Part shown: in pieces, positions 1-7,543 of the stretch
Numbering within the stretch: the stretch's first letter is position 1
Layout of the letters: the number at the start of each line of letters is the position of its first letter
DNA from: PVC group bacterium
GTDB taxonomy: Bacteria > Omnitrophota > Gorgyraeia > B26-G9
Assembly: GCA_024231215.1 (NCBI GenBank)
Contig: JAAEQR010000142.1
Coordinates: 420,593-484,592 of the forward strand
Length of the DNA: 64,000 bases
Direction of reading: 5' to 3'
The notes under the pieces: model-generated
What the model was told of the DNA's origin: nothing
Seen by the model: only the letters and a program-made list of their open reading frames with translations
Database searches by the model: none
Program-made: the position numbers and the translations under genes

Positions 1-470
1 TGCGCAATTTCATCGTAATCTAGTTTTTCCGTTTTTTTATTAACCCCGTAAAACTTCACGTTATAAAACAACCCGGAGAAATTGCGAGGATGTCCATGTG
101 AAAGATGTCCTCCACAAGCCAGATCCATTGCCAGCACAGTATCGTTGGGCTTTAAAATAGACATGAAAACCGCCATGTTTGCCTGCGCACCTGAATGCGG
201 TTGAACATTTGCGTGTTCTGCCCCAAATAACCGTTTAGCTCTATCTATAGCCAGACGTTCGGCCTCATCAACATGCTCACATCCGCCGTACCAACGAGCC
301 CCGGGATATCCTTCGGCATATTTATTAGTCAATACTGAACTCTGCGCCTGCATAACCGCCGGCGAAGTAAAATTCTCGCTGGCAATAAGCTCAATATGTG
401 CACGTTGGCGTTTTAATTCGTTTTGAATCACGTTATAAATCTGACTATCAACTTGTCTCAACTTTTTCAT
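1..470 (-). CDS. glyA: Serine hydroxymethyltransferase, N-terminal part (C-terminus lies beyond the window start)
   Basis: Minus-strand translation from ATG at 468-470 reads [101 protein letters not shown], the canonical SHMT N-terminus. Not in the ORF track because it is cut by the window edge. Confidence 0.85.
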   Translation of the reverse strand, partial: MKKLRQVDSQIYNVIQNELKRQRAHIELIASENFTSPAVMQAQSSVLTNKYAEGYPGARWYGGCEHVDEAERLAIDRAKRLFGAEHANVQPHSGAQANMAVFMSILKPNDTVLAMDLACGGHLSHGHPRNFSGLFYNVKFYGVNKKTEKLDYDEIA

Positions 471-482
471 TTCTTATCTCCT

Positions 483-914
483 CTAACAATCACTAAACAT
501 CTTTACTCTTTTTAAATGTCTTCCGCCGGCAAATTTTGTTTTCAACCACATATCGGTCATCCTCTTTACCTGGGGCTCTTTGATAAAGGCTGCGCCAAAA
601 ACCAAGACATTTGCATTATTATGTTCTCTTGAAAAACGAGCCATTGATAAATTAAAGCAATTTACCGCTCTGATTTTCTTTATTTTATTTGCCGCCATCT
701 GCATCCCTATTCCGCTATTACAAATAAGAATACCCCTGTCAAATTTAGCCTGGGCTACAGACCTGGCTACGGCAAGTGCATACTGTGGATAATCACATGA
801 ATCTGTAGAATCAGTTCCGAAATCTTTTACTTCATGGCCTTTTTTCTTAAGATATTTTATCAATGCCTGCTTCAATTCCAATCCACGATGATCACATCCG
901 ATAGCTATCTTCAT
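483..914 (-). CDS. rpiB: Ribose-5-phosphate isomerase B (RpiB/LacAB family)
   Basis: 143 aa. MKIAIGCDHRGLELK...ICNSGIGMQMAANK matches the RpiB signature. Confidence 0.85.
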   Translation of the reverse strand: MKIAIGCDHRGLELKQALIKYLKKKGHEVKDFGTDSTDSCDYPQYALAVARSVAQAKFDRGILICNSGIGMQMAANKIKKIRAVNCFNLSMARFSREHNNANVLVFGAAFIKEPQVKRMTDMWLKTKFAGGRHLKRVKMFSDC

Positions 915-1969
915 TTTATTTTTAACACCAGCCTCTCTATTGATTCTTGTAATACTTCCAATACCTGTTCATAAAAACGAATTTCCATACCAATTGGGTC
1001 CGGAATATTTAAATTGCCATTGTCTTGGGCCGCAAATTCTTTCAATAAAAAAACTCTATTCTCCGAAGAAGGATCCATATAGAGAACCTGTCGCTTATGA
1101 TCTTGCGACATAACTAAAATATAATCTGACTCTCTAATCATTTCATCCGTCAACATATGAGCCCGGTGTTCGGAAATATCAACTCCCTGCTGCTGCATTA
1201 CCATAACCGCTTCGGCTGATGCAGACATCCCGTCAAAAGCCGCTACCCCAGCTGAAGTAACCTTTATATATTTATTATCTTTCACTATTTTCTTCATCAA
1301 ACCTTCGGCCATTGCACTGCGACAGCTGTTACCAGTACAAACAAATAAAACATTCTTGTATTTTGATTCCTCTTGTATTAGATCTTCTGAAACAGCACCC
1401 TGGCGCAAAATATTATAATTATTATCTTCTACCGCACATACCGTAGATGCTACTCCTAACTTACTAATTCCTGCATCTATAACTGCATCTATAGCGCCAT
1501 CTAACTCAGCCAAAACATCATCCGCGCATATTGGTTCTTTTTTTCCGGGAGGATTTGCTGAAGGAGCAAAAACAGGAGTAGTAACTCTTCTTAATAACAA
1601 TTGCGCCACACCATGATCCGGCATTCGAAACCCAATAGTTTCAGAATCGCCAGACTTCAAAACCAAAGTAAGCGGCCCCGGCCAAAATTTCTTCATCAAT
1701 CGATAAGCAAACGGAGATATTTCAGAAGCAAAATATTCTATTTGGCTAATGTTGTATACACACATGGAAAACTTCTTTCCATCATCGCGCTGTTTGATCT
1801 GACGCAGTCTTTCTACCGCATTCTTGTCATTCACCAAAGCAGCTAATCCGTAAACCGTCTCGGTCGGAAACGCAATGATACCGCCACCTTTTAAAATAGC
1901 TACTGCCTCATCTATTTTCTCTACTTCCGGACGTTCTGAATTAATTTTTATTATTTTCGTTTCAGACAT
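911..1969 (-). CDS. tsaC: Fusion protein: L-threonylcarbamoyladenylate synthase (TsaC/YrdC/Sua5 domain, N-terminal) + low-molecular-weight protein tyrosine/arginine phosphatase (YwlE-like, C-terminal)
   Basis: 352 aa. N-terminal half has the YrdC fold motifs (AFPTETVYGLAA, KQRDDGK). C-terminal half has the LMW-PTP P-loop VLFVCTGNSCRSAMAEG (CX5R) and a DPY/DPIG region. 4-nt overlap with rpiB. Confidence 0.8.
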   Translation of the reverse strand: MSETKIIKINSERPEVEKIDEAVAILKGGGIIAFPTETVYGLAALVNDKNAVERLRQIKQRDDGKKFSMCVYNISQIEYFASEISPFAYRLMKKFWPGPLTLVLKSGDSETIGFRMPDHGVAQLLLRRVTTPVFAPSANPPGKKEPICADDVLAELDGAIDAVIDAGISKLGVASTVCAVEDNNYNILRQGAVSEDLIQEESKYKNVLFVCTGNSCRSAMAEGLMKKIVKDNKYIKVTSAGVAAFDGMSASAEAVMVMQQQGVDISEHRAHMLTDEMIRESDYILVMSQDHKRQVLYMDPSSENRVFLLKEFAAQDNGNLNIPDPIGMEIRFYEQVLEVLQESIERLVLKIK

Positions 1970-2457
1970 TATAATTTCACTTTTATCTTTTTTATAGCTT
2001 GAGCCATATCTTTTTTAAACTGCTGCATTTTTTTCTTTAAGGTATTATCCTGAAGCGCCAGAATCTGGCAAGCTAAAATACCCGCATTCTGCGCCCCGGA
2101 TTTACCAATGGACATACAAGCCACCGGAATACCTTTGGGCATCTGTACCGTAGAAAGCAAGCTATCCAGGCCAGTCAAAGTTCTGGTATCAACCGGAATT
2201 CCAATCACCGGCAAAACAGTATGCGCCGCAACACATCCGGCAAGAGCCGCAGACATTCCTGCTGCGGCAATAACAATCTTAACTCCTCTTTTAGGCAAAC
2301 CTTCTACATGTTTAACCAATGCTTGAGGCGTACGATGAGCCGAAAGAACCTTTACCTCATATCCCACCCCAAAATTCTTTAATATATTTACAGTTTCCTG
2401 AACCACTTCAAGATCTGACTTACTTCCCATAACAATACTTACTTGTACTTTTTTCAT
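1969..2457 (-). CDS. purE: N5-carboxyaminoimidazole ribonucleotide mutase
   Basis: 162 aa. MGSKSDLEV...SAHRTP...AAGMSAALAG is typical PurE. Confidence 0.9.
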   Translation of the reverse strand: MKKVQVSIVMGSKSDLEVVQETVNILKNFGVGYEVKVLSAHRTPQALVKHVEGLPKRGVKIVIAAAGMSAALAGCVAAHTVLPVIGIPVDTRTLTGLDSLLSTVQMPKGIPVACMSIGKSGAQNAGILACQILALQDNTLKKKMQQFKKDMAQAIKKIKVKL

Positions 2458-2476
2458 TTATACAATCTCCCTTCGC

Positions 2477-3754
2477 TTATGTTATTCTTGCCAAAGCCTT
2501 TTTACCGATATCCCTGCGAAAATATATTCTGTCAAATTGGATATTATCTACTACCACATAAGTTTTTTCTATAGCTTCTGTTACTGAAGCTCCTAATCCA
2601 GTTACCCCTAAAACACGCCCTCCACTAGTTAGAATCGTATCACCGTCTTTCTTAGTCCCGGCATGAAAAATAACAATATCAGCTTCTTTTTCTGCAGAAT
2701 CTAACCCGCTAATCACTTTGCCTTTTTCATAATCTCCCGGGTATCCCCCGGAAGCAATAACCACACATACACAAGCTCTCGGGTCCCATTCAATATTTAC
2801 TTCGGACAGTTTTTGTTCTAAGGTTTTGTTCATTATTTCTACAATATCACCTTTTAACCTCGGCAGTACTGCCTGAGTTTCCGGGTCTCCAAACCGCACA
2901 TTAAACTCTAACACTTTAGGCCCGGTAACAGTAAGCATAATCCCGGCATAAAGAATCCCGGAATAAAAACAGCCTTCTTCTTTCATACCTTTTATTAGGG
3001 GGATAATTACTTCTTTTTTAATCTGCTCTAAAACACCCTTAGTCACCACTGGTGCCGGAGAATACGCACCCATACCCCCGGTATTCGGTCCCTGGTCATC
3101 ATCAAATATTCTTTTATGATCCTGGCTGGAATCTAAAACAATCACATTTTCTCCGTCACTAACCGCTAAAATAGAAGCTTCTTCTCCCACCAGCATTTCC
3201 TCGATTAAAACCGTAGCCCCCGCAATACCAAAAGCTTTATCCTGCATAATTTCCTTTAAAGCGGCTTCCTGCTCTTCGAGTGTAGAACAGACAAAAACCC
3301 CTTTACCGGCACAAAGCCCGTCGGCCTTAATAACCTGCGGTTTATTTTTCACACGTACAAATTCAATAGCTTTTCCATAATCCGAGAAGATTTCAAATTC
3401 AGCTGTAGGTATATTGTATTTTTTCATAATATTCTTGGCAAATATCTTACTTGCCTCTAACCGGCTCGCTGCCTTACTCGGCCCAAAAATCTTAAGTCCT
3501 TTTGATTGAAATAAATCTACAATCCCTAAAGCCAGCGAAACCTCCGGCCCAACAACAGTCAAGTCTATCTTCTCCTGTAATGCAAAATCCAACAAAGCCT
3601 CTATATTATCTGCTTTTATCCCCACACATTCGGCAAGTCCTGCAATGCCGCCATTGCCCGGAGCACAATAAATTTTTTCTACTTGCGGTGATTGAGAAAT
3701 TTTCCACACCAGTGCATGCTCACGACCACCGGAACCAACAACCAAAATCTTCAT
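2477..3754 (-). CDS. purD: Phosphoribosylamine--glycine ligase (GAR synthetase)
   Basis: 425 aa. MKILVVGSGGREHAL, ATP-grasp fold motifs throughout. Confidence 0.9.
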   Translation of the reverse strand: MKILVVGSGGREHALVWKISQSPQVEKIYCAPGNGGIAGLAECVGIKADNIEALLDFALQEKIDLTVVGPEVSLALGIVDLFQSKGLKIFGPSKAASRLEASKIFAKNIMKKYNIPTAEFEIFSDYGKAIEFVRVKNKPQVIKADGLCAGKGVFVCSTLEEQEAALKEIMQDKAFGIAGATVLIEEMLVGEEASILAVSDGENVIVLDSSQDHKRIFDDDQGPNTGGMGAYSPAPVVTKGVLEQIKKEVIIPLIKGMKEEGCFYSGILYAGIMLTVTGPKVLEFNVRFGDPETQAVLPRLKGDIVEIMNKTLEQKLSEVNIEWDPRACVCVVIASGGYPGDYEKGKVISGLDSAEKEADIVIFHAGTKKDGDTILTSGGRVLGVTGLGASVTEAIEKTYVVVDNIQFDRIYFRRDIGKKALARIT

Positions 3755-3769
3755 ACTGCAATTCTCCTA

Positions 3770-4771
3770 TTAAACAAACGTTATCTTTTGTTTTTTCTTC
3801 ACTACTTCTCCGATCACCCAGGATTTTAATTTGGATTTTTCTAATTGTTTCTGCACACCCGCTACATCAGCCTTTTTAACCACTAAAACCATTCCAATTC
3901 CCATATTAAAAGTCCGATACATTTCCTGGTCATCAATCTTACCCTGTTTCTGTATCATATCAAATATTTTCGGGACCGGCCAGCTGGTTTTATCAACAAC
4001 AATAGATTTCCCTTTTGGGAAAATACGGGTAAGTTTTTCATAAAAAGCTCCTCCGGTAATATGAGCAACTCCTTTAATATTAAACTTATTTTTAACCGAT
4101 AAAACCGGCTTAACATAGATCCGGGTTGGCCTTAACAATTCATTGGCTAATGCTTTTAATTTAGCAGGAGAAAAAACTTTCCTAACTAGAGAAAAACCAT
4201 TTGAATGCAGCCCATTAGATTCAATACCAATAAGCTTATCCTTAAAGCTAATCTTCTTACCGTCAATAACTTGTTTACGATCAATAATTCCCACACAAAA
4301 TCCAGCCAAATCATATTCATCATCATTATAAATCCCCGGCATCTCAGCAGTTTCTCCACCAATTAAAGCACAACCGGATATTTCACACCCCTTAGCAATA
4401 CCTTTAACAATGCTGACCATTTGTTTCCGTTTTAGTTTTCCCGTAGAAACATAATCTAAAAAAAACAAAGGCTCTGCCCCCATAGCTAAAATATCATTTA
4501 CATTCATAGCCACAAGGTCGATCCCTAAAGTATCATGCTTATTAGCCAGCATCGCAATTTTTATCTTTGTTCCTACTCCATCAGCCGAAGAAACCAGTAC
4601 CGGGCTTTTATATTTCTTTGAATTAAGCTTGAAACATGCCCCGAAACTACCCAGATCAGTAAGCACTTCCGGTCGATAAGTACGCTTTATCATCGGCCCA
4701 ATGTCTTTAATAAACTTGTTTGCTTCGCTGATGTTTACTCCTGATTTCTTATAGGTAAGTCCTTTAGACAT
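3770..4771 (-). CDS. purM: Phosphoribosylformylglycinamidine cyclo-ligase (AIR synthetase)
   Basis: 333 aa. YKKSGVNI, DGVGTK and MNVNDIL motifs. Confidence 0.9.
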   Translation of the reverse strand: MSKGLTYKKSGVNISEANKFIKDIGPMIKRTYRPEVLTDLGSFGACFKLNSKKYKSPVLVSSADGVGTKIKIAMLANKHDTLGIDLVAMNVNDILAMGAEPLFFLDYVSTGKLKRKQMVSIVKGIAKGCEISGCALIGGETAEMPGIYNDDEYDLAGFCVGIIDRKQVIDGKKISFKDKLIGIESNGLHSNGFSLVRKVFSPAKLKALANELLRPTRIYVKPVLSVKNKFNIKGVAHITGGAFYEKLTRIFPKGKSIVVDKTSWPVPKIFDMIQKQGKIDDQEMYRTFNMGIGMVLVVKKADVAGVQKQLEKSKLKSWVIGEVVKKKQKITFV

Positions 4772-4791
4772 TTATTCCTCCCGCACTTTCA

Positions 4792-5586
4792 TTACGCTTT
4801 TTTCAGAAACTCAATTCCATTTTTAAAAATTTCAAAACCATCCGGGATCCCCGCATTTTCTCCTCTTGTCCAACGCGGATGCTGGGTTTTAAAAACACAA
4901 CGTTCAGGATGAGGCATCAAGCCAAATATACGTCCAGTCGCATCACAAATCCCGGCTATATGTTCAACCGACCCGTTCGGATTATCCGGATAAACTGACA
5001 ATCCTCCTTCTTTATCGCAATATTGAAAAACAATTTGTCCATTATCCATTAGGCGTTTTAGTATCGTCTTATTCTTAGCTATGAATTTACCTTCGCCATG
5101 AGCAACCGGCATACAAATCACTTCATCTATCCCTTTAGTCCACACACACTTACTGATTTGGGATTTCCGAAGATGTACCCAGCGGTCTTCAAATTTACCG
5201 GAATCATTGCAAGCCAAAGTTACTTCCTGCTGCCATTGTTTATTCCCGGGAAGCAACCCTGTTTTCACCAGTACTTGAAAACCATTACAAATACCAATCA
5301 TTAATCCGTTTTTACGCAAAAATCTCTGCAGCTCATCCTGCAATTTCATTTTGAGTTCGTTCGCCAAAATCATACCCGCGGCAATATCATCCCCATAGGT
5401 AAATCCTCCGGGAAAAGCAATGATTTGATGTTCAGAGATCATCTTTTTATTTTTTACTAATTCATTAACATGAACTAGTTTTACTTTTGCGCCTAATAAT
5501 TCGAAGGCAATTTTAGTTTCCGCATCACAGTTTGTACCTGCGGTACGAATAATTAAAACATTTATCTTATTTCTGCTTACCGTCAT
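4792..5586 (-). CDS. purQ: FGAM synthase, glutamine amidotransferase subunit
   Basis: Class-I GATase motifs GICNGFQVL and HPER. Track ORF extends to 5634, but the internal start MTVSRNKINVLIIR (ATG at 5584-5586) gives a typical PurQ length and only a small overlap with the upstream gene. Confidence 0.85.
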   Translation of the reverse strand: MTVSRNKINVLIIRTAGTNCDAETKIAFELLGAKVKLVHVNELVKNKKMISEHQIIAFPGGFTYGDDIAAGMILANELKMKLQDELQRFLRKNGLMIGICNGFQVLVKTGLLPGNKQWQQEVTLACNDSGKFEDRWVHLRKSQISKCVWTKGIDEVICMPVAHGEGKFIAKNKTILKRLMDNGQIVFQYCDKEGGLSVYPDNPNGSVEHIAGICDATGRIFGLMPHPERCVFKTQHPRWTRGENAGIPDGFEIFKNGIEFLKKA

Positions 5587-7543
5587 ATAAAACAACCTTA
5601 TTCCTTCCTTCTTCCTTGGCCAGACATAACGCATTTTCCGAACACCTCAAGAATCCCTCTGGCGAAAAATCCTTGCTCACACCGTCGAAATAAGCAACCC
5701 CGATACTAACCGTCACTCCTAAGATTTTACCCTCATGTCCCATTTTAAAATCTTCTACACTCTTTCTTAATCTTTCAGCAACAATCATCGTATCATCAAT
5801 ATGCTTTCTGATAATTTCGCCCGGCCCCTGAGTAGACTCTTCCTGCCTTGTTTCCGGCAAAATAACTGCAAATTGTTCGCCACTATAACGAGCCAGGACA
5901 TCAACATTTCTTAATTTATTTTTTAGGAGTAATCCAATATTTTTTAAGATCAAATCTCCCACCTGATGCCCGTACATATTATCGAATTCTTTAAACCTGT
6001 CAACATCAACCATTAATAAGGATATTGGGTGTCCATATCGTTTACACCGGGCAATTTCCTCTCCCAGCCGCATCAAAAAATAATTATAGTTAAAAACCTT
6101 TGTTATTCCGTCAATAATCGCTTCGCTATATAATCGTGCGTTTTCAATCGCCGCGGAAGCTTCAGCCGCAAAAGATTCAAGGGCATTAATATCATCCTGT
6201 GTATATATACCATCCTGCTTCCTGCCCCCCAAAATAATACTGCCCACCAGCTTATCTTTAATAATCAAAGGGATAACAACTTCAGCATTAAACACATTAA
6301 TTTTTTCAAACACCTTCTCAACTTCAACAATATCTTCTGACTGCTTACATTCTTCTTTAACCAAAATACCCTGCGTATTTTCTAAACGCCTCAATAATGC
6401 GTCATTGGATTCAAGTATCAAATCTTCCTGAATTTCTTTACTTATACCATAAGACGCCTTAATCACTGCGCCCTGCCCCTCTTCATCCTCTAAAAACACT
6501 GCCGCCTTATCTACATCAAACGTTTGAACAATTATCTGAACAATATAATTAAGCAATTGGTCCATGTCCATTATAGAACTCAGCTGCCCGGAAAGATTTA
6601 AGAGAATATTCTGGTAATCATATCTTCCTTTAAACACAATCTTGTTTGAGAGTTTCCTTGCTTTCTTTTTATAGGGAGAAAACATTATTATCGAAATAAT
6701 AATAACCGAAGATATTGCTACAGCCGAGAACGCATCTACCAGTAATAAAAACAAGCGCACAAAAACAAGGTGCAAAAAAACCAGCGGGAGCACTGAAAGT
6801 CCGATTAAAGTCAAACGATGCAGCATTATATCAAATGTCAATAACCGATAATTTACAATAGAATAAGCAATCAATATCCCGGCAATAGTTAAAAACACTA
6901 CACTGCCTTGATATACCACAACTCCCGCAGCAGACAAAAAACTCATAAGTAATGCCAGAACACTCAGCGCAATACTAAAGATAATTAGATTGCTTTGTTT
7001 TCTAGTTAATGAGGATAATGGCACTTGTTTGCTATGAATCAGGCACATAACCACACCCAACGGCAAAAATAACCCTGTATTTAAAAGAAATAAAAAATAT
7101 GGGACATTTGTCAAAGAAATTGTTCTCGCCCAGGGAAAAAGAACGAATTTTATTTCACAAAAACCGCCCCAGAAGCAAACAGATGCAGCTCCTAAAAGAC
7201 AGGAAACTGTAAAAAGAAAATTCAAAAGCCCTGTTCTTCCTTTGTTTACACATAAAAGCAAATAAAACAAAGCTGGCACCACCAAAGATGCCCCCGTCAA
7301 AAAGATTTTTGTCCAAAGCAAAAGAGTATTCGGCTGTTCTTTAAACTGAATAAACCCGAAAGATAGCAGACAATAACAAAAAATCGTCAAAGAAACAGGA
7401 AGATAAGGACGAGTCAAATAAGACTTCTCCCTTTTCATCAAAACAAAAACACCTGTCCCCAAAGTAACCAGGGCACAAACAAATGAGATAAAAGAATAGA
7501 TATTCATAGTCAAGAAAACTACCAGCGCAATGGCTTTTGCCAA
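5567..7543 (-). CDS. Integral membrane sensor: multi-TM N-terminal region + GAF domain + degenerate GGDEF domain (I-site RxxD retained, A-site SGEQF)
   Basis: 658 aa. About 8 predicted TM helices in the first 300 aa. GAF-like middle region. C-terminal GGDEF fold with RNVD-VLARY-SGEQF in place of RxxD-x5-GG(D/E)EF. Sits between purL and purQ. Confidence 0.75.
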   Translation of the reverse strand: MAKAIALVVFLTMNIYSFISFVCALVTLGTGVFVLMKREKSYLTRPYLPVSLTIFCYCLLSFGFIQFKEQPNTLLLWTKIFLTGASLVVPALFYLLLCVNKGRTGLLNFLFTVSCLLGAASVCFWGGFCEIKFVLFPWARTISLTNVPYFLFLLNTGLFLPLGVVMCLIHSKQVPLSSLTRKQSNLIIFSIALSVLALLMSFLSAAGVVVYQGSVVFLTIAGILIAYSIVNYRLLTFDIMLHRLTLIGLSVLPLVFLHLVFVRLFLLLVDAFSAVAISSVIIISIIMFSPYKKKARKLSNKIVFKGRYDYQNILLNLSGQLSSIMDMDQLLNYIVQIIVQTFDVDKAAVFLEDEEGQGAVIKASYGISKEIQEDLILESNDALLRRLENTQGILVKEECKQSEDIVEVEKVFEKINVFNAEVVIPLIIKDKLVGSIILGGRKQDGIYTQDDINALESFAAEASAAIENARLYSEAIIDGITKVFNYNYFLMRLGEEIARCKRYGHPISLLMVDVDRFKEFDNMYGHQVGDLILKNIGLLLKNKLRNVDVLARYSGEQFAVILPETRQEESTQGPGEIIRKHIDDTMIVAERLRKSVEDFKMGHEGKILGVTVSIGVAYFDGVSKDFSPEGFLRCSENALCLAKEEGRNKVVLYDGKQK

